A stretch of DNA of 20,585 nt, from positions 1 to 20,585 of the forward strand of contig JAZDIV010000100.1 in assembly GCA_043804695.1 (NCBI GenBank), in the 5' to 3' direction. The DNA is from PVC group bacterium. GTDB lineage: Bacteria; Auribacterota; Erginobacteria; Erginobacterales; Erginobacteraceae. Position 1 is the stretch's first letter, and each line of letters opens with the position of its first letter. Below are positions 1-8,993 of the stretch, in pieces. A model generated the notes under the pieces. That model saw only the letters and a list, made by a program, of their open reading frames with translations, ran no database searches and was not told where the DNA came from. Made by a program: the position numbers and the translations under genes.

Positions 1-86
1 GATATTAGGATTTAGGATTTCCTGCTCAAAAACCTTTTCGAACAGGGTCATGCTAACTTGCTGCTTCGGAATTTTTCTGAAATTCA

Positions 87-1304
87 TCATTCATAATCCG
101 TCTCCCGGACAATTGATACGAAACTCCCCTCCCGGAGACGGGTCTCCACCAGGACACCCGTCTCCAGCAGGGCGGCTGAGGTCACGATCATACCATCTTC
201 CACTCGCCGGGTAAAGCTGTAGCCCCGGGCGAGGACGGCCTGCGGACTCAATGACTCCAGACGGTTCCGGAGAGACTCGACCTCCTGCCGCCGGAACCGG
301 AGACGGCTCCCGGCCAGCCGGTTCATCCGGGCGGACAGCTCATCCAGCCGCTGCTGGGATTGCCGGAGCAGCCGGCGGGGGTCGTGGAGGATCGTGCTCC
401 GGAGAGCCCGCTCGACCCGTCCCCGGAGAGACCCCAGCAGGTGCTCCAGCGCTCTCTCCATCCGGCGTTCCAGCTGCTCCACGCCGGCCAGAAGCTCGCT
501 TTTGCGGGCGATCACCAGTTCGGCGGCGGCCGACGGGGTCGGGGCCCTGAGATCGGCAACCAGATCGGAGAGGGTCCAGTCGATCTCGTGCCCGACCGCG
601 GAGATGACCGGGATCTCCGAGGCAAAGATGCTGCGGACGACCGCCTCCTCGTTAAAGGCCCAGAGATCCTCCAGGCTGCCGCCCCCCCGGCCAACAATGA
701 TGACATCGACATTCTTCCACCGGTTGAATTCGCCGATCGCCCGGGCAATCTCTCCGGCGGCGCCTTCGCCCTGAACCGGAACCGGATTGATGATGATTCG
801 GATGCCGCCGAAACGGCGCCGGATGACCTGGAGAATGTCGCGGATGGCGGCCCCGGTCGGCGAGGTGACGATGCCGATCCGGGAAGGGAGCGCCGGCAGC
901 GGTTTCTTCCACCGGGCATCGAACAGACCTTCCCCGGCCAGTCTGGTTTTGAGCTGCTCCAGCGCCCGCTGGAGCGCCCCGGCGCCGCGCGGCTCCAGGG
1001 CGGTGACGGCCAGCTGGTAGTTCCCCCGGGGCCGGTAAACGGTGATCCGCCCCCAGGCCGTCACCTCCAGTCCGTCGCGCATCTCACAGCGCGCGCGGCG
1101 GGCGTCTTCGCGGAAGAAAACCGCCGGGAGCTGGCTGCCGGCGTCTTTCAGGGTGAAATAGAGATGTCCGGAGGGCGGCCGGCGCAGGTTGGAGATCTCT
1201 CCCACCACGCCGATCCGGACAAACTGCTCCTCTAGAAGGTTTTTGATCCGGCCGGTCAGCTCGCTGACGGTGTAGACGGCCCCTTTTTGCTCTTCCAAGT
1301 TCAT
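87..1304 (-). CDS. xseA: Exodeoxyribonuclease VII large subunit
   Basis: N-terminal OB fold (VVGEISN..SGHLYFTLKD) and motifs IGIVTSPTGAAIRD, RGGGSLEDLWAFN and SAVGHEIDWTLSDLVAD.RAPTPSAAAE. Start set at ATG 1304 (MNLEEQ) rather than 1340. Confidence 0.97.
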   Translation of the reverse strand: MNLEEQKGAVYTVSELTGRIKNLLEEQFVRIGVVGEISNLRRPPSGHLYFTLKDAGSQLPAVFFREDARRARCEMRDGLEVTAWGRITVYRPRGNYQLAVTALEPRGAGALQRALEQLKTRLAGEGLFDARWKKPLPALPSRIGIVTSPTGAAIRDILQVIRRRFGGIRIIINPVPVQGEGAAGEIARAIGEFNRWKNVDVIIVGRGGGSLEDLWAFNEEAVVRSIFASEIPVISAVGHEIDWTLSDLVADLRAPTPSAAAELVIARKSELLAGVEQLERRMERALEHLLGSLRGRVERALRSTILHDPRRLLRQSQQRLDELSARMNRLAGSRLRFRRQEVESLRNRLESLSPQAVLARGYSFTRRVEDGMIVTSAALLETGVLVETRLREGSFVSIVRETDYE

Positions 1305-1345
1305 TATTACGCTTCCGCGTTTTCCCCTGCCCAGGGCCATTTTTT

Positions 1346-1384
1346 ATCCGACCGATCAGTCAGATCGGTCGGATCAGACAGATC
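1346..1384. repeat. Intergenic 9-bp-period repeat forming a perfect 12-bp hairpin
   Basis: GATCAGTCA-GATCGGTCG-GATCAGACA-GATC; ATCCGACCGATC (1346-1357) pairs with GATCGGTCGGAT (1363-1374). Confidence 0.8.
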
Positions 1385-1434
1385 GTCGCCCGCTCTTTCG
1401 CCTACGGTTTCAGGCGACGTTGGCCACCCGATGT

Positions 1435-2232
1435 TCAAATATGACTCTCTTCCCACACCCTCCGGATCCCGACCGCCTTCCCGGTCAGAACGTCGACATC
1501 CACGATCGCTCCCTGCAGGACCGGTTTCTCCCCCGAGACGGTGAAAGGGGCCGGGAGACGGCTGATAAAATGCTTCAGCACGGGCGCGATGTTTCTTCCC
1601 AGAATGGAGTCTATCCCCCCGGTCATGCCGGCATCGGTCAGGTAAGCCGTCCCCCGGTCCAGAAGCCTTTCGTCGGCGGTCGGCACGTGGGTGTGGGTGC
1701 CGATCAGAGCCGAGACCCGGCCGTTGCAATGATACCCCAGGGCCATTTTCTCGGAGGTGGCTTCGGCATGAAAGTCGATCAGGATGATTTTTGTTTGCCC
1801 GGCGAGACTTTCAATCTCCCGGTCGCACTGCCGGAAGGGACAGTCAATCGGATTCATGAAGACCCGTCCGAGCAGGTTGATGACCCCGACGGCGACGCCT
1901 TCCGACGAGACGAAGACGCCGCTTCCCCGGCCCGGAGACCCGGGGGGAAAGTTGGCCGGCCGGAGGACGCGCGACTGGCCGGAAAAAATGGCGAAGATCT
2001 CCTTGTTCCGCCAGACATGATCGCCCGAGGTCAGAACATCGGCTCCCGCCAGCAGCAGCTGGGTAACGGCCCGGTTATTCAATCCCGAACCGCCGGCCGA
2101 ATTTTCGGCGTTGACCACGCAGAAGCGGATACCCTCCCTCTCCCGGAGACGGGGATATACCTCGGCGAAAGCCTTCCGGCCCGGTTTGCCGACCACGTCG
2201 CCGACGAATAATATTCGAACTATATTTTGCAT
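1435..2232 (-). CDS. ymdB: YmdB-family (TIGR00282) metallophosphoesterase
   Basis: ILFVGDVVGKPG, NAENSAGG, TSGDH, DFHAEATSEK, GTHTHV and TDAGMTG; directly downstream of rny, its usual position. Confidence 0.93.
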   Translation of the reverse strand: MQNIVRILFVGDVVGKPGRKAFAEVYPRLREREGIRFCVVNAENSAGGSGLNNRAVTQLLLAGADVLTSGDHVWRNKEIFAIFSGQSRVLRPANFPPGSPGRGSGVFVSSEGVAVGVINLLGRVFMNPIDCPFRQCDREIESLAGQTKIILIDFHAEATSEKMALGYHCNGRVSALIGTHTHVPTADERLLDRGTAYLTDAGMTGGIDSILGRNIAPVLKHFISRLPAPFTVSGEKPVLQGAIVDVDVLTGKAVGIRRVWEESHI

Positions 2233-2275
2233 TGGATGTTGAACACTGGATATTTAATATTCGCTGTTTAATGAA

Positions 2276-2320
2276 CCAGGGCTGACGCCCTTTGCTATTG
2301 TCTGTCGCCCCTTCGGGGCT
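2276..2320. repeat. REP-like double hairpin flanked by degenerate 7-mer repeats
   Basis: AGGGC-TGAC-GCCCT (2278-2291) and GCCCC-TTC-GGGGC (2307-2319; GAA loop on the minus strand). 7-mer periodicity at 2232-2262 and 2333-2359. Confidence 0.65.
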
Positions 2321-2369
2321 TTTGTCTTTCGGCGTTGAACGTTCAACGTTGGAAGTTCATTCCTTTACT

Positions 2370-3932
2370 TCACTTAGCGTACTCCACCGCCCGGGTCTCC
2401 CGGACCACGGTCACCCGGACCTGGCCGGGGTAGTCCATCTCTTCTTCAATCCGCTTGCTGATGTTCCGGGCGATGGTGATGGTTTCGCTGTCGTTCACTT
2501 TATCCGGCTCGACCATGACCCGGACCTCGCGTCCGGCCTGAATGGCGTAGGCTTTTTTTACTCCCGGAAACGAGAGCGCCAGCTCTTCCAGCTTCTCCAG
2601 CCGCTTGATATAGCCCTCCACGGTCTCCGAACGGGCGCCCGGCCGGGCGGCGGAGATGGCGTCTCCGGCCTGGGCCAGGACATCATAGACGGACTGCGGC
2701 TCCACCTCGCCGTGATGGGACGCGATCGCCTGGACGACCACCGGGGGGAGACCGAATTTTTTCGCCAGGTTGGCGCCGATCTGGGCGTGGGTCCCCTCCA
2801 CTTCATGATCGACCGCCTTGCCGATATCGTGAAGGAGACCGACCTTCTTGGCGGTCTGGATGTCCAGATGCAGCTCGGCGGCCATGATCCCCATCACGAA
2901 GGCGACTTCCCGGGAGTGGTCCAGAACGTTTTGCCCGTAGCTGGTCCGGTAGCGGAGTCTCCCCAGGAGCTTGACCAGATCAGGCTTCAGGCCGTGGATG
3001 CCGACGTCAAAAGCCGCCTGCTCGCCGGCCTCCCGGATGGAACGATCGATCTCCTTGGCGGTTTTCTTCACGATCTCTTCGATCCGGGGGGGATGGATCC
3101 GGCCGTCGCTCACCAGTTTCTTCAGGGAAACCCGGGCGATCTCGCGGCGGACCGGGTCGAATCCGGAGAGGACCACCACTTCCGGGGTGTCGTCAACGAT
3201 GATGTCCACCCCGGTCGCCGCCTGAAAGGCCCGGATGTTGCGCCCCTCCCGGCCGATGATTCTACCTTTCATCTCGTCGTTCGGCAGCGAAAGGGTGGAA
3301 ACGGCCACTTCGGAGACCTGATCGGAGGCGTAACGCTGGATGGCGAGGGTGATGATCTTGCGGGCCTCGTTCTCGGCTTTGTCCCGGGCCTCCGCCTCGA
3401 TCTGGCGGGCCATCAGGGCGGCGTTTCGCTCCGCCTCCTCCTTCAGAGAGGAGAGCAGGATGTTCTTCGCCTCCTCGCGGCTCAGACCCGAGATCTGCTG
3501 CAGCTTGATCTGCTGTTTTTCCAGAAGCCCGCGCAGCTGCTCTTCTTTCTGAACGAACTTTTCCTCCCGTTCCTTGAACTTGCGTTCCCGCTCCTGGCAC
3601 TTGCCCTCCCGGCGTTCCAGAAAGTTCAGCTTGCGTTCCAGGTTTTCTTCCCGGACCGTGATCCGTTTCTCGGTGTTTTTTAGTTCCAGCCGCTGTTCCC
3701 GGGTCTCTTTTTCGAACTGAGCCCGGGTCTGATAGAGCTCTTCCTTGGCCTGAAGAGCCAGTTCCTTGCGTTTCGCAGCCACCTCCCGGTCGGCCTCGGT
3801 GATAACCTTTTTTGCCCGCTGGACGGCCGAGGCGACCTGCCGCCTTGCCCAGAGGGCATACGCCCCGAATCCCAGGCCGATGCCGGCCGTTCCGCAGACG
3901 GCCGCGATTATATATCCCGTGGTAGGGTTCAT
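2370..3932 (-). CDS. rny: Ribonuclease Y
   Basis: N-terminal TM helix, coiled coil, KH domain ([13 protein letters not shown]), HD domain (LLHDIGKA) and C-terminal [16 protein letters not shown] lies just upstream of ATG 3932; alternative GTG start at 3941. Confidence 0.97.
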   Translation of the reverse strand: MNPTTGYIIAAVCGTAGIGLGFGAYALWARRQVASAVQRAKKVITEADREVAAKRKELALQAKEELYQTRAQFEKETREQRLELKNTEKRITVREENLERKLNFLERREGKCQERERKFKEREEKFVQKEEQLRGLLEKQQIKLQQISGLSREEAKNILLSSLKEEAERNAALMARQIEAEARDKAENEARKIITLAIQRYASDQVSEVAVSTLSLPNDEMKGRIIGREGRNIRAFQAATGVDIIVDDTPEVVVLSGFDPVRREIARVSLKKLVSDGRIHPPRIEEIVKKTAKEIDRSIREAGEQAAFDVGIHGLKPDLVKLLGRLRYRTSYGQNVLDHSREVAFVMGIMAAELHLDIQTAKKVGLLHDIGKAVDHEVEGTHAQIGANLAKKFGLPPVVVQAIASHHGEVEPQSVYDVLAQAGDAISAARPGARSETVEGYIKRLEKLEELALSFPGVKKAYAIQAGREVRVMVEPDKVNDSETITIARNISKRIEEEMDYPGQVRVTVVRETRAVEYAK

Positions 3933-3995
3933 TGTCGTCACCTCGCTCGCAGATTATTGTTTTTAGTACCTTCAACAAGAGACATCTCGACCGAT

Positions 3996-4172
3996 AAATT
4001 AGCTCCCTTCGGTGCAACTTTTAGCCACTAAGACTCCAAAACACCAAGAAAAACCAAATTAAGGTGAGTAGTATGCTCTTTTTTACTTTTCTTGGTGCCT
4101 TTGTGCCTTGGTGGCTAATAATTATTGTGCGCCAGAGGCGCATCAGCCTCGGGCTGAAAATACCAAAGCAGT
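3996..4172 (-). repeat. Composite intergenic element: GAA hairpin, inverted 9-mer repeat arms, palindromes and end motif
   Basis: Minus-strand hairpin AAGTTGCACC-GAA-GGGAGCTAATTT (3996-4020). Inverted arms TTAGCCACTAAGACTCCAAAACACCAAGAAAA and TTTTCTTGGTGCCTTTGTGCCTTGGTGGCTAA. 4146-4172 matches 13361-13387 at 24/27 nt. Confidence 0.7.
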
Positions 4173-4175
4173 CAA

Positions 4176-4751
4176 TCAGGTGCTGCAACAATCGATTACA
4201 CGCTCCTCCGTGATGACCGCGTCCACCGCCACATCATGATGAGCGGCGGGGATGCGATTGACCACCTGACACTCGAACGCCAGAGCGATCTTGGAAGCGC
4301 CCGGGCGAATCTTCTTCAGAAAAGCGTCGTAATATGCCTCCCCCATGCCCAGCCGGTTGCCGGCCGGGTCAAAAGCGATGCCGGGGACGATGACCAGGTC
4401 CAGTTCCGCCGGCGCCACTTCTTCCGCCCGGCCGGGGACCGGCTCTGGAATACCCCGGAAACCGGGGGCGAGATCCCCTTCGGGATCTCGAATAAGCATC
4501 GCCCGCAGATTTCTCTCCGCGACCCGGGTAAGGGGTACAGCGATCCGGCGCCCTTCCCGAAGCGCCCTGCTTATCATCCGGCCGGTATGAACTTCACTAC
4601 CGCGGGACACATAGAACATGACCGTCCCGGCGTCCCGGTAATCCGGGCGGCCCCGGAGACTTTCGGCAATGACCCGGCTTTTTAACAGAATCTCCTCCCG
4701 GGTCAGAGCATTCCTCCTCCGGAGTATTTCCGATCTGATACTGCGCTTCAT
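4176..4751 (-). CDS. 5-formyltetrahydrofolate cyclo-ligase (YgfA/Fau family)
   Basis: DLVIVPGIAFD..GNRLG.G..YYD, HDVAVDAVITE and GIPEP motifs; ATGA overlap with the rarA stop. Confidence 0.93.
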   Translation of the reverse strand: MKRSIRSEILRRRNALTREEILLKSRVIAESLRGRPDYRDAGTVMFYVSRGSEVHTGRMISRALREGRRIAVPLTRVAERNLRAMLIRDPEGDLAPGFRGIPEPVPGRAEEVAPAELDLVIVPGIAFDPAGNRLGMGEAYYDAFLKKIRPGASKIALAFECQVVNRIPAAHHDVAVDAVITEERVIDCCST

Positions 4752-6073
4752 TTCTCCACCGAAGAATCCGATTTGAAGGTCTTCATCCTTTTCCGGATAA
4801 CAGCCTCATCGCCGCGATCGGTCGGAAAATAGTATTTTTTCCCGATCTGCAGATAGCTCTGTTCGACCCACCCCCCCGGGTAATCGTGAGGGTAGAGATA
4901 CCGGTCCTTTTCTTCCCGCGGATTTTTCCCTCCGGCGGGAACATTCTTGAGCCGGGGCGGAACCGGCTGGACCGGACCGGCATCGATATCATGGAGCGCA
5001 TTTTTCAAGCCCAGATAGGAGGCGTTGCTCTTGGGGGCGGCCGCCAGATAGATCGCCGCCTGGGCCAGGGCCAGTTCTCCTTCCGGCATCCCGACGTACT
5101 CGACCGCCCGGGCCGCGTTTATTGCCAGGGCGAGGGCGGCGGGGTCGGCATTGCCGATATCCTCGGAAGCCAGGATGACGAGCCTTCGGGCGATAAAGCG
5201 CTCATCCTCCCCCCCCCTGATCATCTTGGCCAGCCAGTACAGGGCCGCGTCCGGATCGCTACCGCGCACGCTCTTGATAAAAGCTGAGATGGTGTCATAG
5301 TGCTCATCCCCCTCCCGGTCATAGGAGATGAGCTTCTTTTGAGCGGCTTCCGCCACGGCCTCCGGCGTGACGGTTATCATCCCCGAGGAATCGGGCCGGG
5401 CGGTGGCGACCGCCAGCTCCAGTGTATTCAGGGCGCGGCGGGCGTCGCCCTCGCCGATCCTGATCAGGCTCGAGATCGCGTCATCCGTCGCCGCGGCGCG
5501 ATACCTTCCCAGGCCGCGCTCCCGATCGGAGAGGGCCTGTTCGACGATGCGCCTGATCGTGTCCGGGGAGAGCGCCTGAAACTGAAAAAGCTGCGACCGC
5601 GAGAGCAGGGCGGGAGCCATGGCGTGGAACGGGTTGCTGGTGGTAATTCCGATGAAAGAAATGGTCCCGTCTTCAATGGAGGGCAGGAGCACTTCCTGCT
5701 GGGCGCGGTTGAAGCGGTGAAACTCGTCCACGAAAAGCAGGGTTCCCGAGCCGGCATTGGCCCGGCGGTTGCGAGCCCCGGCGATCACTTCCTTGACCCG
5801 GGCGACGTTCGAGGTGACGGCGCTGAGGGTGACGAAGCAGGACCGGGTGGTCGATCCGATGATCTGCACCAGGCTGGTCTTTCCCGAACCGGGAGGGCCG
5901 AAAAAGATCGCGGAGCCGATCCGGTCTTCCTCGATCAGCCGGCGCAGGAGCCTCCCGCTGCCGAGGAGGCTTTCCTGGCCGGCCATTTCGGAGAGGGAAC
6001 GCGGCCGCATCCGGAAGGCGAGCGGGACGTGTTTCTGATCGGCCGGTGCCGTTTCGTCCGTGAAAAGATCCAT
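4748..6073 (-). CDS. rarA: Replication-associated recombination protein A (RarA/MgsA AAA+ ATPase)
   Basis: PLAFRMRP, Walker A GPPGSGKT, Walker B FVDEFHRFN, HYDTISAFIKSVRGSDPDAALYWLA and SEDIGNADP. Start placed at ATG 6073. Confidence 0.96.
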   Translation of the reverse strand: MDLFTDETAPADQKHVPLAFRMRPRSLSEMAGQESLLGSGRLLRRLIEEDRIGSAIFFGPPGSGKTSLVQIIGSTTRSCFVTLSAVTSNVARVKEVIAGARNRRANAGSGTLLFVDEFHRFNRAQQEVLLPSIEDGTISFIGITTSNPFHAMAPALLSRSQLFQFQALSPDTIRRIVEQALSDRERGLGRYRAAATDDAISSLIRIGEGDARRALNTLELAVATARPDSSGMITVTPEAVAEAAQKKLISYDREGDEHYDTISAFIKSVRGSDPDAALYWLAKMIRGGEDERFIARRLVILASEDIGNADPAALALAINAARAVEYVGMPEGELALAQAAIYLAAAPKSNASYLGLKNALHDIDAGPVQPVPPRLKNVPAGGKNPREEKDRYLYPHDYPGGWVEQSYLQIGKKYYFPTDRGDEAVIRKRMKTFKSDSSVEK

Positions 6074-6111
6074 AAAAAAAGCCCTGCCCGACAACAGCGG
6101 TTGGGCAGGGC
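6074..6111 (-). terminator. Rho-independent terminator
   Basis: Minus strand GCCCTGCCCAAC-(loop)-GTCGGGCAGGGC followed by a 7-nt T tract. Confidence 0.75.
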
Positions 6112-6116
6112 AACGT

Positions 6117-6332
6117 CCGGTAAAGGGCCGAAAACGGGGCGGAGACAGAAAATTATCCGATCATGTTACAACCAAACCCGGTGTCTGGATTCCTGTCCTG
6201 TTCACGTTTTGGACCCTGAATGCGATGATCTACGTCGAAATCAGCAAAATGGTTGTGCTGAGAAGTGTTCGCGAATACCCGGTTGCTGCCTTTTCCGCGG
6301 CCGCGCCCCCACCTTTTTTCAGCCCTTCCCGG
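6117..6332 (-). ncRNA. ssrS: Probable 6S RNA (long rod-like ncRNA)
   Basis: The ends pair: CCGG/CCGG, AAGGGCTGAAAA/TTTTCGGCCCTT, GGGGCG/CGCCCC, CGGAAAA/TTTTCTG and GCAACC/GGTTGT. About 215 nt, followed by a terminator, and lying between pheT and the 5-FCL/rny genes where ssrS is commonly found. Not confirmed by a covariance model. Confidence 0.55.
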
Positions 6333-6379
6333 GAGCGGGCGGCCGCTTAACCGCCTGTCGAAGCGTTCGATACGACTGT

Positions 6380-8779
6380 TTACCTGAAACTGCAGCCCAG
6401 CGCCTGAATCAGCAATTCCTGGAACCCGGCGTGGACCTTATTTACCTTTGTTTCACAAAGAGTATCATATGACGAACGATATTTCAAGCTGAAGGCGAAA
6501 CTTTTTTTTCCCTCTGGAATCGGGTCCCCGGAATAGAGATCGAAGAGGGCGTACTCCTCCAGAAGCTCGGGACGGTGAGCCTCGATCGCTTCTTTCACGG
6601 ATTGATAGGGGACCGACTCGTCGATGACCAGGGCCATGTCCCGCCGGACCGCCGGGTACTGATCCGGGCTCCGGAACCGGGGAACGCCGGCCGGCGCCTC
6701 CAGAAAGGGCCGCATCTCCAGTTCGGCCAGGAAGACGGGCGACGGGATCGAATAGCTGTCGAGCACGGCGGCGGCGACCGTGCCGGCGACCCCGGCCACG
6801 GTCTTCCCGATCAGCAGCCGGGCGCTCTGTCCGGCCTGAAAAACGGGGTGAGCCGCCGGGACGCTGATCATTTCCGCCGTCCCCATCCGCTCCCCCAGTA
6901 GCTCCAGCATGCCTTTCAGGGTGTAGAAATCGAGGGCCGGCTCGGGCCGGCACCAGTCCGGCTTATCGGGGCGCCTCCAGAGAGCGAGGGAGAGCAGGGT
7001 CCGCTCCCCGGGGGGCGCGGGCTCTTCGCTGCTGAAGACTTTTCCCAGTTCGAAGATCCTGACCTGAGTGAGCTTCTGATTCAGGTTCCTCTCCACGGTC
7101 TCCAGCAGCCCCGGGATCAGGGTTGTTCTCAGCAGGCCCTGTTCCTTGTTGACCGGATTGGAAATCCGGCAGGCCCGGCGGAGCGGGTCTTCCGCGGGGA
7201 GCAGCAGGCGGTCCAGGGACTTGGGGGCCATGAAACTGTAGGTGATGACCTCGTCCAGACCGAGACCGCAGAGGATCTCCCTGATCCGGTCCGCGACGAT
7301 CTGTCCGGGGGATCTCTTCCGGTAGGTTATCCGGCTGACCGGCATCACCGCGGGGATGCGGTCAAAGCCCGCGATCCGCGCGACTTCCTCGATCAGGTCA
7401 ACTTCCCTGGTCAGGTCCGGCCGCCAGGTCGGAACGGAAAAAGTAAGCCGGTCTTCTTCCTGCTTTTCCCGTTTCAGGCCCAGGCGGGAGAGCGATTCCG
7501 TTATCGCTTCGGGGGCCGGGGCCCAGCCCAGGAGATGGTTGGTCCGGGAAGGGCGGAGGGCAACCGTGCCGGGAGGGAAGTCATCGCGCTTCTCGTCGAT
7601 GCGCCCCTCCGCCACCGAGCCTCCGGCCAGATCGAGGATCAGCCCGGCGGTCCGGTCAAGGGCGAGGGGAGCAGCCCGGGGATCCGCCCCCCGCTCAAAC
7701 CTCCGCGAGGCTTCCGTGCTTATCCCCAGCATCCGGGAGGTGCGGCGGATGCCGACCGGGGCGAAATAGGCGCTCTCCAGGAGGATGGCGGTGGTGGCAT
7801 CGCCGATCTCGGAGAAGAGCCCCCCCATGACGCCGGCGACCGCCACCGGTTTTTCCGCGTCGGCGATAACCAGCATGGAGGGGTGGAGCTGCCGCTCATC
7901 TCCATCGATGGTGACGATGCTCTCTCCTGCGGCGGCGGCGCGGACGATGATCTTTTGGCCGGCCAGCCGCTGAAGATCGAACGCGTGCAGGGGATGGCCC
8001 AGCTCGAGAAGCGCGTAGTTGGTGGCGTCGACCACGTTGTTGACCGGCTTGATCCCGCAGAGGGACAGCCGCCGCCGGATCGGGAAGGGGCTCTCCGTGA
8101 TCCGGACCCCCCGGATCAGACGAGCGCAGTACCGGGGACAGAGCGAGAAGTCCCTGACGGTCACCGAGGTTTCCTTTCCGATCGGAGGAGCCGTCTCCGG
8201 CAAAACCGTCTCCCGCTCGGACATTTTCTGTCCGGTCAGAGCGGCGATGTCCCGGGCGACTCCCCGGACGCTCAACAGGTCGGGCCGGTTGGGGGTAACG
8301 TCGATATCGAGGATAACATCAGCCAGTTCCAGCGCCTTTTCCAGCGGTAGTCCGGCCTGAAGACCGGGGGGGAGTTCCATAATGCCCCGATCGTTTTCGC
8401 CCAGATCCAGCTCTTTCTCCGAGCAGAGAACGGCCTCCGAGACCCGGCCGCCGATCTTTCTTTGCTCAATCCCGACCCCCCCGGCCAGCACCCCGCCCGG
8501 GAGGGCGACCGCGGTGAGGAGTCCCGGCGACACGTTGGGGGCCGCGCAGAGGGTGGTCACCTCCCGCGCGCCGATATCCACCCGGCACCAGGTCCATCCC
8601 GGTTTCCCGGCGGCCGGGTCGAGGGAAACAATCAGTCCCGTGACCACCCCGGTGAAGGAGGGGCGGATCCGCTCCACCCGGTCCACTTCCACGCCGGCGA
8701 GCGTCAGCCGGTCGGCCAGCGCGGCGGGGTCAAGCTCGATCGGAACAAACTCCTTTAACCAGTTATAACTTACCTTCAT
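6380..8779 (-). CDS. pheT: Phenylalanine--tRNA ligase beta subunit
   Basis: MKVSYNWLKEFV, IDVTPNRPD, NNVVDATNY, GHPLHAFD, RFERG, DLIEEVARI and a C-terminal FDX-ACB domain. Confidence 0.98.
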   Translation of the reverse strand: MKVSYNWLKEFVPIELDPAALADRLTLAGVEVDRVERIRPSFTGVVTGLIVSLDPAAGKPGWTWCRVDIGAREVTTLCAAPNVSPGLLTAVALPGGVLAGGVGIEQRKIGGRVSEAVLCSEKELDLGENDRGIMELPPGLQAGLPLEKALELADVILDIDVTPNRPDLLSVRGVARDIAALTGQKMSERETVLPETAPPIGKETSVTVRDFSLCPRYCARLIRGVRITESPFPIRRRLSLCGIKPVNNVVDATNYALLELGHPLHAFDLQRLAGQKIIVRAAAAGESIVTIDGDERQLHPSMLVIADAEKPVAVAGVMGGLFSEIGDATTAILLESAYFAPVGIRRTSRMLGISTEASRRFERGADPRAAPLALDRTAGLILDLAGGSVAEGRIDEKRDDFPPGTVALRPSRTNHLLGWAPAPEAITESLSRLGLKREKQEEDRLTFSVPTWRPDLTREVDLIEEVARIAGFDRIPAVMPVSRITYRKRSPGQIVADRIREILCGLGLDEVITYSFMAPKSLDRLLLPAEDPLRRACRISNPVNKEQGLLRTTLIPGLLETVERNLNQKLTQVRIFELGKVFSSEEPAPPGERTLLSLALWRRPDKPDWCRPEPALDFYTLKGMLELLGERMGTAEMISVPAAHPVFQAGQSARLLIGKTVAGVAGTVAAAVLDSYSIPSPVFLAELEMRPFLEAPAGVPRFRSPDQYPAVRRDMALVIDESVPYQSVKEAIEAHRPELLEEYALFDLYSGDPIPEGKKSFAFSLKYRSSYDTLCETKVNKVHAGFQELLIQALGCSFR

Positions 8780-8808
8780 AAATTAGCTCGCTGCGCTCGC
8801 AAATTTAT
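8778..8808 (-). repeat. GCA-triloop / tandem-GA hairpin overlapping the pheT start
   Basis: ATAAATT-T-GC-GA-GC-GCA-GC-GA-GC-T-AATTTAT(G). Confidence 0.75.
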
Positions 8809-8812
8809 ACTG

Positions 8813-8841
8813 GCCTCCCCGACTGATTCAGTCGGGGAGGC
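8813..8841. repeat. Perfect palindrome in the pheS-pheT spacer
   Basis: GCCTCCCCGACTGA-T-TCAGTCGGGGAGGC (14-bp arms). Confidence 0.85.
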
Positions 8842-8963
8842 TGCTGGTTAAACTGAAATAAATTAATCGAGGCAACAAGATAAAAAAGCCTTTTAAAATT
8901 TTACCAGCGTTTTCCCCCGGGGATAAAATTTTTCTATTGGCATGAATCAAACCATTCTAATTT

Positions 8964-8990
8964 TTATCCCCCGATGCAATCGGGGGATAA
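8964..8990. repeat. Perfect palindrome directly after the pheS stop
   Basis: TTATCCCCCGAT-GCA-ATCGGGGGATAA. Confidence 0.85.
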
Positions 8991-8993
8991 GAA

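Noticed and set aside
1..86. xseB directly downstream of xseA
   Set aside because: Minus-strand frames close within a few codons and the region holds only repeat motifs; xseB may lie beyond the window.
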